Below are positions 12,861 to 25,698 of a DNA stretch of 64,000 bases, piece by piece. The stretch is from NCBI GenBank assembly GCA_035221665.1, contig CM069139.1, positions 57,474,001-57,538,000 on the forward strand, written 5' to 3'. A model generated the notes under the pieces. The model had not been told where the DNA came from and did not search any database. It saw only the letters and a program-made list of their open reading frames with translations. This DNA comes from Okamejei kenojei (Eukaryota). Position numbers and translations under genes: made by a program. Every line of letters starts with the position of its first letter. Position 1 is the first letter of the stretch.

Positions 12861-14067
12861 GTCCCTACCGGACGGCTCTGTAATTCTCTTTCCTCATGAT
12901 TACCGACTGTTTAACACAAGATACTGAAACAGTGATGCCTGTCCTATTGGGACTGAAATTACAATTAGGTTAAAAGGTAGTTGCGGATTCCATTAGGTCT
13001 TTATCAAACAAGTATGTGTCATTGATGATTGCACACAGCAGTTATCAAAACTCCTTTTTGACACTCCTTTCAGAAAAAAGAACCCCCTATTAGTATTTAA
13101 CAAGTCCTGGTAAAGGCATTATTACATGTTTTGGGGGCAAAAGCACTGTTCTGTTCAAAGGCATTAAACGTGATGTTTGTTCCATTATAGTCTAATAGTT
13201 TGCAGAGAAAGTACCGGTGATTGCAAGGTTGGGAATCTCTGGCAGAAGTCGCCCTTTTCTCAATTACTTGCTCAGCATGAAAACTTGGTGCACACCACTG
13301 CCCCTCATTTGCTACTGCCTTCCTTTCCCACTGCTTACTAATCATGCTGCGTTACCCCTTTCCCAAGCCCAGCAGACATCTTGGGTCCACCTCAGGAGTC
13401 ATCGTTGTTTGCTCAAGAACCAATGCACAAATCATCACCAAACGGCCCGCAGAGTCCGACGGTGGTGCAGCGGTAGAGTTGCTGCCTTGCAGTGTCAGAG
13501 GCCCGGGTTCGATCCTGACTATGGGTGCTGTCTGTACCATATGGTCACAGGAAGAACATGCAAAATCCATATAAACTTCATATCTTATAATGAGGGCCTA
13601 AACAAAAGCTTCACCTAACTTGGGTAAAATGCATTTTAGCATTTGAGTTAGCTTCAAAGTGGAGTAAACAGGGGAAGGCAATGAATCTCCTTCCTATCAG
13701 TCAACGGCAGGATAGGTATAGGCATAAATCTGCATGTTTCTCCTGTCGGGGAGCAGATGAGCAATGGGCTGCGCATGGACAGCTGTTTTGGTGATTTCCC
13801 GGTTATTGGACACCAGGTCACCAGTTGTCCCCTCAATCATACTGCCCACCCCACCTCATTTCCTGCATTGCATGAGAAACTCTGGGATGCAGGTTTGGAA
13901 TGGTCATCAATTTTGTGGCTTTATAGACACTCAGAGACAGTCAGACACCCCACCTGCTTTTCTTCTTTCAAATTTCCGATCAAAGGTCCCGGATGTGAAA
14001 CATTAACTGTTCTTTCTACAGATGCTGCCTGACATGCTAGGTGTTTCCAACATTTATTATGTTCATA

Positions 14068-14445
14068 TTATGAGGGGGGACCTCATTGAAACTCACCGAA
14101 TAGTGAAAGGCCTGGATATAGTGAATGTGGAGAGGATGTTTCCACTAGTGGGAGAGTCTAGGACCAGAGACCATAGCCTAAGAATAAAAAGATGTACCTT
14201 TAGAACGGAGATGAGGAGGAATTTCTTTAGTCAAAGGGTGGTGAATCTGTGGAATTCATTGCCACAGACACCGTCAATGGATATTTTTAAGGCGGAGATT
14301 GACAGATTTTTAATCAGTAATGGTGTCAGGGGTTATGGGGAAAAGGCGGGAAAATGGGGTTGAGAAGGAAAAATAGATCAGCCATGAATGAATTGTGGAG
14401 TACACTTAATGGGCCGAATAGACTAATTTTGCTCCTATAACTTAT
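14068..14445 (+). mobile_element. CR1 LINE 3' end
   Basis: Translates RGDLIETHRIVKGLD...SRTRDHSL...FFSQRVVNLWNSLP, the CR1 ORF2 C-terminus, followed by the 3' UTR. Confidence 0.9.
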
Positions 14446-14877
14446 GAAATTATATTAGTGCCCATAGTATTTTGAATTTCATTTCCATCCTATTGCTGAT
14501 GTAACAAGGGGAATATGCCAGTGTTGTGCAAAAGCAAGAAAATAAAATGGCACTGTGAAGAACTTACATACAACATGCAGACGTACAGCACAGTAATAGG
14601 CCCTTCGGCCCATAACTTTAGTGCCGAACATGTTACCAAGATATACTAATCACATCTGCCTGCACATGGTCCAGATCCCAACATTCTCTGTAAATCCATG
14701 TGCCTGACTCAAAACATCTTAAATGTCACTATCATATCTACCTCCACCAGCACCCCTTGGCTGTGCGTTCCAGGCACCCACCACCTAATCTGTGAAAATC
14801 TTGTCCCATACATCTCCGTTAAACTTTGCCTATTTCACCTTCAAGCTATGTCCTTCGGGTTGGGTGAAAGGAGCACG

Positions 14878-15040
14878 TGAGAGAGAGCGAGGGTTGCGAG
14901 AGAGAGCGGGTGTGAGAGAGAGCGGGTGGGAGAGAGAGAGTGAGGGTGTGAGAGAGAGCGGGTGGGAGAGAGAGAGCGGGTGGGAGAGAGAGAGCGGGTG
15001 GGAGAGATTGGGTGTGAGAGAGAGTGGGTATGAGAGAGAG
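14878..15040. repeat. Compound GA-rich tandem repeat (gagagagagcgggtgg-like units)
   Basis: Directly visible. Confidence 0.9.
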
Positions 15041-16444
15041 CGACAGAAATTTGTGAATAGAAGGATAAGCTCACATATAAGAGTTTATTTATGGAACACG
15101 ACCAAAGGCGAGGGTTAGCAACACATGATTACTTCAGTGAGTGGGTTAACCTGTTGAAAACTATCAAATCCAGTTATAGATCATAGAAAGTGCAGCGCAA
15201 GAATGGGCCCTTCGGATCACAATGTTTCTCCAGAACACGATGCCACATTAATCTGATTTTATCTGCTTGTACTTGATACATATCCCTCTATTCCCTGCAC
15301 TTCCATGTGCAAGTAATAGATGGACATTATCTCCTCACTTTTTATTGAATTTTACTTTATTAATTGTGAAGTAACAAGAGAAGATTTAAGAAAAATGAGT
15401 CAAATTCACTTTGCAGTTGCTGTATAATGGTGGGGATGGGATGGTTATCAGTCCTTGGGAGAATTTTCACGTTCAACTTTACAGTTTTCATTTTGTTTTG
15501 GTTATCTCCTTAATTTGAGTTTTGCATATCCCCGTAAACCCTTTACTATTTGTTTTACCACTTCACCTCCACAGAATTCCTAAATGTCTCATGAAAGAGG
15601 AATGATAGAAGAACCAGATGTGTATCATGTACACAGAAGCTATATCATTGTCCTGTAATGTCGTAATGTTATGCATGTACAATATTTTCCTGGATTTCAT
15701 GAATTTCACACTGTATTTAACTTTGAATGAAGGTGCTTGCTGTCAGAATCCCATGACACTGTAAATGCCTTGTGGGAGCTGTATGATTTATGTCTTGTAT
15801 TAAAAAAAATATTTTGAAGTAAATATGAAACAGTAGCCCATGTATTATTCCACACATCTGACTACAGAAACCCCCGACATGTGAAGAAGAATAAAGCTAG
15901 CACTGAATGTGCAATGTTTTATGTTTAAATTTGTTGTTTTTTGACTTCTTGAGTTTGTCTTGAACTTAATAGTTTATCATTCAGTCTGTATATCACTTTT
16001 TGCCCTCAAGATATAAAATGCAAACGGTGTTCTGTGAAATAAAAGTCAGGGAAATCCAAATGATTACTGTCACGTACGTATTTTAGAGAATTTGACAAGG
16101 TTTATTTATATTTAGGTTGAGCAGGCTGAGAATAACTTGTAACTACTGTACCAATATTGGCGTATTAATTTGGATATCTCATGGATAAACAAATGACAAA
16201 TAATATTTTTAATCTATTCTGTCTACATTTTTACAAATTCTGCTTTGAATGAAGAAACAATAGTGCTAATTCAAAATATTCTTCAAACAGGCAGATTACT
16301 CTGATATTGCGATTCACGTAACAAACTTTTTCAACAAATTTTGCTAGATTGAAGGACATAGATATGAGGACATGCCTTTCACTTCTGAAGCTGTATTTGG
16401 TGAACAGCAATGATTCTACACATGCCCACACTCATGTACAACAT

Positions 16445-16800
16445 GCACACACACACACACCAACACACACACACACACACACACCAACATACACTCCATG
16501 AGGCAGACAGGAAAACCCACTCACATTCGCACACTCTCTCACTCACACACACTCTCGGTCACACACACTCGCTCTCACACATACACACTCTCGCTCACAC
16601 ACACACACAGTCTCGCTCACACACACACACAGTCTCGCTCACACACACACTCTCGCTCACACACACACTCTCGCTCACACACACACACTCTCACACACTC
16701 ACACACACACATTCTCACACACACAGGCTCACACACATGCACACAGGCTCACACGCGCTCACACACATACACACTCTCGCATACTCACACGCACACATAA
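16445..16800. repeat. Compound (CA)n / ctctcgctcacacacaca repeat
   Basis: Directly visible. Confidence 0.9.
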
Positions 16801-17973
16801 TCGTCCACCTACCCACCCACCCACCCCAGGGCCATCTCGTTCATGCTCCAGCCTGCATTGTGCTACCATAACTCAGCAAACCCACTGCAAACCAGACAGT
16901 TTTGAATTTCAGCTGGGACCTGGACGACCTGTTAATGAAACTGCATAAGGGTAAAAACCTACAGTGTTGAGTTATGCCTGTGTTGCAAGCAGACTTGGAG
17001 TCAAAACGCTTCAAGCGTTAACGTAATTGCAAGAATGTGAAAAATGAAGCATCAAGCTCCTGAGCAAAGCAAAAGGTCAAGCCCGAGCCTCTCACAACAC
17101 TGCTCTGTGGAAGATGGCCTCATTTTACCATTTAATCAGCCTCATGCTCTGTTGTCTCCATAATTTTTTTAACCTATTAAAAAATTGCAATTAACTTACA
17201 AAATTGCACCCCGTCTTCAATAAGTGACATTCACTAGCTTTCCATGTTAAAATATGATCTGTGGCATATATGAAAAACACTGCACTCAACCCAGAAGACA
17301 GTCAATAAGTGCTCAGCAGATTGCAGGTCACTTGAACTTATGCATGTAAAATAATCAATACTTCTCGAAGATTAGGTTTTCAGGATCTTCAGAAATGACA
17401 CCGAAAACAAATGTATGGCACCCATAAATACCAACTAGATAGGATTTTTTTTGTTCCTGCTTGCAGACCAAATTCAATTAAAACCACAGTTTTCCTTTAT
17501 AATAGTGCTACAGTCGTACAGCACTTATTAGTTTCCACATCATAGTGGCATTACCCTAATACTGCAATAATTCATATAACAAACTAGTCACTACCAATAG
17601 AGCAACATCAAACAACTGAGGCTTCTCTGGAAAGTGGATAATGTCACAAAATATATGGTACACTGTGACCTTTGCCTCTTGAATGGATTGGGTTTATTTA
17701 TATGATCCAGAAAAAAACATTATTCATATTAAAAGACAAAAGGCTGCAGCAGCACTCGTTACTTAACCTGTTACCACTGTTTCCATATTAGCTGCCGTAT
17801 AATTTCCTTCATGCAAGTTATGTCAGTAGTTTAAAGAAATTGCTTTCACTGACAGCTTCTCTGCTGTTATGTACCCAACCCCTCTGATACTGATGTTGGT
17901 TTTACGATGCACGCGGTCGTGGGAACCTGTGGTTTGTTTAGTCATGCCTCTGATGGATCAAGGAAAGAATTCA

Positions 17974-18222
<249 letters not shown>

Positions 18223-18362
18223 CTAAATGGAATTAATTTCCTTAATGACATCTTCCTAATGCTTGACAACAGCTATTGTTCAGGCAAGATGAACAATATA
18301 TTAATATGAAAATTAGGCTGATCTTCAAGGACCATTGTTGTCAGTATTGTTTTATTATAAAT

Positions 18363-18665
18363 GGGGTGGCACAGTAGCACAGCAGTAGAGTTGGTGTCTT
18401 ACAGCACCAGAGACCCGGGTTTGATCCTGACCATGGGTGCGGTCTGTATGGAGTTTGTAAGTTATCCCTGTGACCGCATGGGTTTTCTCCGGGTGCTCCG
18501 GTTTCATCCCACACTCCAAAGATGTACAGGTTTGTAGGTTAATTGGCTTTGGTTAAGCTGTAAATTATCCCTAGAGTGTAGGAAAGTGCTGGCGCACGAG
18601 GTGATTGCTGCGGACTTAGTGGGCTGAAGAGCCTGTTTCCAGGCGGTATATCCAAAGTCTAAAAA
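18363..18665 (+). mobile_element. Full-length tRNA-derived SINE (HE1/V-SINE-like)
   Basis: 5' tRNA-like head with A box (tagcacagcagtag) and B box (gggtttgatcc), central ggagtttgt...gggttttctccgggtgctccggtttc body and 3' tail. Confidence 0.85.
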
Positions 18666-20876
18666 TCTAATCATATTTTGTTATCTTTGCACTAAATGTT
18701 ATACTCTTTATCTTTTACCCATGCACTGGCTAATTGTATTCATGTATAGTCTTTTCACTTATTGGATAGCATGCAAACAAGCAAACGCTTTTGACTGTAC
18801 CTTATTACACATAATAATAAAACTAAACTAAACAATATTTTGTTGTAAAACTTAACTAGGGGTTATACGGTCTTTACCGCGGCATTAAAAGGCAGGTATA
18901 ATATTAAAACCACGCAAGATATTCACTTTTACTTGTCTTGATGCTGTTCTTTTCCATTTTGTGATGTGCAGGTATACAGTTTATATATTAGAGCCATGAT
19001 TAATTAGACTGAATACCACAGCTTACTGCTGCACTGCAGAATGTTAGCTCCTCCTGCCCCCCTCCCCTTTCTTGGTTCTTCATAAAGCCATGCCTCTACT
19101 TAAAGGAAAACAGGGTTTCTACTGTACGGGAAGGACTTTATCAGCACCACATGAAGGCAGGGAAAAGATGGAATTTCCTTTCACAGACCAAAAAAAGAGA
19201 AAAATGACACGTGATAAAGATCAGCCTTTGGGCTCGATCTGTAAAACTCAACACCTGCACACTATCATCATTGCCAACAGGCACTTCAACGTGAGACAGC
19301 CCGATGTGTACAAGGCCTACAGTTTAAAAGAACGTTGCGGTACAAAGTGAATAAAATAATTAGACAAAACAGTTCAAATCATAAAAATATAAATACTGGT
19401 TTTCTTTAAAACAAAAAGGCAAGCTACAAAGAGCCGACACTAACAGCTCCAAATCAAACACAGAATAAAGTGTAAATCTCAAATCAATAATTTTACCATT
19501 GTGCAGACGATGGTGGAAATAAAAACCAGATGAATCTGCAAAAGGATGAATGTTGACTAGACACAGAGCAGCTCAACCACAGCAACAAATTAATGCAGAC
19601 CGTAAAATAAAAGCAATGCTGTTGCAAATTGTGGATCTGCAGCAACCCCAGCCTGGATTCTGGAGGGTTGATGACCAAGAGAGTCCCTTTTTATATCTAA
19701 GCTAGGAAACCACTCAAGCAGCTTTGAGCTCTAGGCAAACAGTAGGCAAGAACTCTTCAGGCCGCTGCAGACTCTTAGCGTCAGCTGTTTGCCGGATGGT
19801 AATCAGATAGAGAGCTATGAGAATGAAGTGAAAAAGAAGGAGACAATAGCCCTGCGTGAATCTGGTTCAGTGACAATCCTGTAGAAACAAGACAAATGTA
19901 GCGAGTTCACCTTGGTGATGGTTTAAAGGGGTGCACAAAGTGCATCTAATTTTATGCACTGGCAGTTCTCTTAGGTTACTCTTGCTTCACTCTTTAACAC
20001 AGATACAAAGATTATATTTGCAACTCAATAACATTTCTTCTATATTCCATTGCAAATTTGAACAGAAACAAATTAAGGTGTTATTGTCAATGGTTTAGTT
20101 AGTTAGTTTAATAGTTAAGTTTAACGGATGCAATGTAAACAAACATAAAGAATAATATTTATTGTAAAACTGGAAATACTTATTTCCGAACAGATAACTT
20201 CACACACCAGTCTGAACGGTGGGGTCTTATCATCAGTGCCTATCCCCCTTTCCTACATTACTCAATGGCAATGGCTGCATTACTACCAAGCACAACATAC
20301 AAACAAAAGAGATACAACAAACATGGAATGATTCCAAGCATTCGCAAATAGCAGGCTACAATGATTCACACCACTACCAATACATTTCCCACCAACTCCA
20401 TCACATCCCCTCCAAACGCATTCCTAATTGAGTTAAAAAGAGTTAAAGAGAGAATGCCTTGCTGAAGAGTGAATGCAGCGCAATAATAGGAGCGCAAAAA
20501 TAGATACAAGAAGCTATGTCTCCAGGGATAGTATTTTCTATTTGCTGGTCTACAGACTCACAGCTGATAATGCAAGTTGTAATTAATATAAAAGCAGGAG
20601 ACAATATGGGCAAAGCTTGTACTGGCTGGGCCACAGGAGAACATTTTACCACCATACAGTCCCTCTCATTTACAAATCCTATCTTCCGTAGCAAATTAAA
20701 TTTTGCCACTGTTTTCCCTGTTAGAGGCCTGAAACAGATTTAGCACAGACACTTAATTTTGCTGTGGGAAAATGTTAAAAGAAAATTAGAATAAGAACGG
20801 AGACAGAGAGAATGGATATCAAAGGGACTCAGAATGAGCATGATAGAGAGAAAGATAAAGACAGAAAGAAATAAAG

Positions 20877-21224
20877 NNNNNNNNNNNNNNNNNNNNNNNN
20901 NNNNNNNNNNNNNNNNNNNNNNNNNNNNNNNNNNNNNNNNNNNNNNNNNNNNNNNNNNNNNNNNNNNNNNNNNNNNNNNNNNNNNNNNNNNNNNNNNNNN
21001 NNNNNNNNNNNNNNNNNNNNNNNNNNNNNNNNNNNNNNNNNNNNNNNNNNNNNNNNNNNNNNNNNNNNNNNNNNNNNNNNNNNNNNNNNNNNNNNNNNNN
21101 NNNNNNNNNNNNNNNNNNNNNNNNNNNNNNNNNNNNNNNNNNNNNNNNNNNNNNNNNNNNNNNNNNNNNNNNNNNNNNNNNNNNNNNNNNNNNNNNNNNN
21201 NNNNNNNNNNNNNNNNNNNNNNNN
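20877..21224. other. Assembly gap (348 N)
   Basis: Run of N flanked by GA-rich sequence. Confidence 1.
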
Positions 21225-23964
21225 TAGAGAAACCAAGAGTGATGGAGGGAGAGAAGACCTGGTCTCAGGGCAAATTAAAAAATAATTTAATATGTTTGCC
21301 TTTTGTTAGTGGGTTGCATTCATCATAGTAAGCAATGTAAATATCTTTACCAGCCACACTTTATGAAAGAAAGCTATTTTTGATAATAAAATTATGCATC
21401 ATTCGTCAAACTCTCTATTTGGGAACACATTTTTTCAAATCATGTTTCTTGAGTCATTTTAGTTTGTGAACTTTTCTTTTTAATATGTATATAGTACTTT
21501 AAAGAATTGTGTTTGATATTGGAAGTTTCATATTTAATAAATTCAGCATGCCCTCAGTCAGGAATATATATATTTTGTCTAACTACTACACAGTTTAAAG
21601 ATAAAAGGCTAATTTAGGCAAATTAACCTTGTGTATTTAAGTGTACCACATAACGTATTTTTGGACTCTTTCATTGAAGCGTTGTAGTATTTTATACTAA
21701 CGGGTAATAATATCAATTTCAAACGAACATAAAAAAGAATTTGGTTCCAGAGGTATATTACACAACCACTTAGCACTTAGCACATGCCATGAAATGATTA
21801 ACTGTGAAATAATAATGAATCTACCGAAACCAATCATTAAAGAAAAAGCCATCTATCTTTAAATTACCTAATCTGATAAGATTTTTTGATAATGAATCAC
21901 CACAATACAGATTGTCCTTATTTGGAATAAAAATAGCCATATCATCGCTAAAAGTAGATATTTACTATATTTCCTATCAATTAAGCATTAACAGTTTTTT
22001 TATAAACCTGCATCTGCAGTTCCTTGTATCTAATAATTCAATACTGTGGTATAAATATTTCTGCCTATTTTTGTATAAATTTCCTTAACAGATAAAATGC
22101 GATGCCTGCATAGTAACTAATAAATCCATTAATAATAGTAAAGAAAGTTAAAAATAAATTCAGATATGCACGGTTACAAGGAATGATTTGCTGGCAATGA
22201 CTTTAAGGTTGTAATTCAATCTTGGGCTCCTAATACTCATGGACTACTCAAGCTTTGCTCTTGTGTTTGTGACATCATCATAACTCTGCAGTAGAATTAC
22301 TACTTTATATCTCTGCACCACAAATTGACTTTATTTTATTGTGGGGGGTAGTTGAGATTGTAATTAGTAAATAACAATTACGGCTTTTCATCTATTTTCC
22401 TTTTTTAAAATGCAATCAAAATTAATAGTGTGGCAAAAATCACAACAATGGAATTACCACTTTACTAATCTATAGCTCTTTGAAACGGTGTTCCCTGTTT
22501 TTTCCCCGCAAATGTAACTAACTGACAATTTTAATCGTTCTAGGGCAAGGCAGGTAGAAGGTTTAATGCGCAAATCAATTCCAATTTTAAAACCATGCGA
22601 TAATAAATAAGTTCTTCTGGCCAATAAATAATTACATTGGCTGATGTTAGTATCAAGGGTGTCAAGAGAATAAAAGCAAATGTGTGTATGTATCTAACCT
22701 CTCAAACTACCCAACTAAAATGTTAACAGTTATTTGCCTTTTTTGGCCTATATATACACATGCCTACCTTCCCCCAACAGCCTCAATGAAGTACTAAAGT
22801 GTAAAATAGGGATTTCTGAGAAGTAGGTAGATTCACAGCTGTACTTAAAAATGGTCTCCAGAAAATGCAGCTGCCCCTCCTCAGAGCGCTATTTGCTGAC
22901 TGCTAAATATTTCTGCCCTAACCCTGTTTTACCTTACCCAAAAGTATAGCAACAATTCTGAAGCACAACTTGATTGGCTTGGACTTCATAGTTTGCAAGT
23001 GGAAATTAAACAATATTATTATAAGTTTTGATTTGAAATATCTATTCTATGCATTTGCCCTGAAAATATTTCACATTGATAAATATGCTTTACTCATCAC
23101 AGGAATTCAAAATGCATTACCTGCATCCTCATTTTACATTTCATTACAATTAACATACATCCATAATCAGGTTATAAAACTTTCTTTAATTGGTAATTCA
23201 TTAGCTGTCACCTATTTATCAGGGTTATGCTAAGCAGCACTCATGAGTGAATAGTTTGTCCTCACGATCAAACTAGGCGGAGAAAGCTATTACTTTCACA
23301 CTTTAAAAGCATATAAAAAACATTTGCTTCTCCTTTGTCTTTAGTGAAACAGCAGCAAGTTTAAGCATTGCCAATCCTGAACTCCTACTGTTTAAAACTA
23401 GTGTTAACTCAAAATCCTTTGCAATGCAGGCAGCTGCTACCAGAGCATTCTAATAGGCAAAGCAAAATGGTCTCCTTAAAAATGGCTCTGCAATTATTTT
23501 CTTTGCTTTCTGTCACTATGCGAGCAACAGCAGAGGCAGGAGGGTTTTGCTATTTCTATATCTGCCAGCATTTTCCCTGTCAAAAGTGCAAGGCAATATA
23601 AGCTAGAAAAAATATTAACTGGCAAACATTCAAAGGAATGCTACCAAGCAACAAATGATTTCATGCAAAACAAATTAAACGTGTCGACATAAGCATAATC
23701 ATCATACATAACACGAAGAAATGTTCATCAACTTTTCATTGCTGAATACACGTTCTAATGCTAACCCTGAGCAATTTTGCCAGAAGGATGACATTATTGG
23801 ATCTAATTTTTCCCACAAATGCTCTTCATTAATGGTGAAAAATAAAATATCTAATTGGGTTGTTAGAATTTTAACATGGCATGTGCACACAAAGTGTAAG
23901 CAAACTGTGATTTCACTGTTTTCCTTTATTTGGTCATTACAAACTAATATTTATGACATAGATA

Positions 23965-24090
23965 TAAAGAACTGCAGATGCTAGATAATAAACAAAAGGA
24001 CACAAAGTGCTGGAGTAACTCAGCAGGTCAGGCAGCATCTCTGGGGAACATGGATAGGTGACGTTTCGGGTTGAGACTCTTCTTCAGATA
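23965..24090 (-). mobile_element. Penelope-tail short element
   Basis: aagaactgcagatgct...gctggagtaactcagcaggtcaggcagcatctc...gacgtttcgggttgagactcttcttcag. Confidence 0.8.
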
Positions 24091-24388
24091 ACTATAATAA
24101 CTAGTGCATTTCTCTAATGATGTAAGACATAAGTGAGTTTCTAGGAAATATTGAAGAATTGATTTCATTTTTCAATTTCTAAGTGTTTAAAATGTATTGT
24201 AATCCTTTTTAAGTAGTTCACTGTACGATTTTAAACCGCATTGTGGCCTCTTAGAGAAATATAAATTGTATTTCAGTTATAGCACATCACTGCAAGCATT
24301 TGATACCAAAATGAAAGGTTATAAGCTCAACTATCAAGGCTCCATACCATTTGAACTTTCATTGTGGATTTCTGTCACTCTGTAACCA

Positions 24389-24407
24389 GACCACTAGATG
24401 GGGCATT
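24389..24407 (+). promoter_or_regulatory. Candidate CTCF site
   Basis: gaCCACTAGATGGGGCAtt differs from the CCASYAGRKGGCRS core at about one position. Confidence 0.45.
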
Positions 24408-25664
24408 ATATAATTTAGTAAATTACTTCATCAAAGGGTGAAAAATGCAACTACCTCAATAGAAATCCACCCAGAAACCACCTCCCACCCACTATTCAGA
24501 ATGCAGTACTGACAATCATTTTGCACGAGTCAGCATACACCCAAAAAATCTCGCCCGCTAAATAATTATTATTAGACGTAGAACAATGAATGCATTGAAG
24601 GTAATGGAAGAAAAATGTTTGAGGAGAACAATAAAATAATTACCATTCCACAAACGCAATTAGATAATTGTTTCCTTGGTTCAGAAGGTGAGTGGTTGAG
24701 CAGTAGAGCTTGGAACGCTGCCCCCACCACCCCAATAATTTTATCTACGGCTGGTGGTAATTAGTCAATCAGGATGATAAAAGTTGCCCCATCTGTACTA
24801 GATTGGCAACAAAAGAAAATTCACTTAAGGTTCCAGGGCCTGATCTTGAACCAGGAACTTTTGCTGGAAATTGCCGTGCATGGATTTGGAGAAGGTCAGG
24901 ATTAATCTCAGCTCTAATGTCTACCATGACTGTGAAATAACACGATTTCACAATATCTGCCGTCATTGGAAGTATTATCATTTACATGAGATGCCAAGAG
25001 GTTCAAGTATCAATGCAACTATATCCTTACAAGGATATATCTTCAGTTGAGAGAGAACGAAGGTAATTAGCAGAATAAAAGTAAAGTACAGAGATTGCTG
25101 CTATAACAATAAATAATGTACCTAAACCCAGAAAGACATAGAATAAATTAATATGCAGTTATGATTTTGGATGAGTGCAATAATATAAAAACTACTCCGG
25201 TGAACAATTGACATTCTTTTGCTGCAGAATAACAATTAGATCTTTAAAATGCTAAGTCCACCAAATTCATTGTTAAAAGATAATTCTACATATTCATAAG
25301 ATGTGTTAATGTGCAAGGGTACCACCTAATCTATATCCCGTGTAAATAATAATGAAATTAAGGAGGTAATATGAAATATGAAAGCATACAGTTATTAAAC
25401 ATTTTCCGTGATGACTTTTGGTATCAAAACTATCACATAATCTCCATGCACTTTTCAACTGAGCAACAGCTATAGTTCCCACACTTAAAAGTGCTGCCTA
25501 ACCATTAATGATGTGACTGGAAATGTGAAGCAGATTTTGTTTTAAAGAACTGTAACAAAATAAAATGTATGCATGGAAGAGGTATTCCTTAAATAGAATG
25601 TCAATTACAATTCTTATTAATTTGCTGATAATATTTTGTGAAAACGTACTTGAGAGGGAGGCGT

Positions 25665-25698
<34 letters not shown>

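Noticed and set aside
14792-15118. ORF with repeated ERESGW units
   Set aside because: Translation of a GA-rich tandem repeat.
16410-16871. 153-aa His/Thr-rich ORF
   Set aside because: Translation of the compound CA microsatellite.
18363-18440. tRNA gene
   Set aside because: The A/B-box head continues into a SINE body found several times in the window; no complete cloverleaf.
20829-21328. ORFs spanning poly-X
   Set aside because: Artefacts of the N gap.
25665-25698. Long poly-G runs (also about 6592, 38477, 43688, 51590) as functional G-quadruplexes
   Set aside because: Simple homopolymers of uncertain length in the assembly; nothing else supports function.
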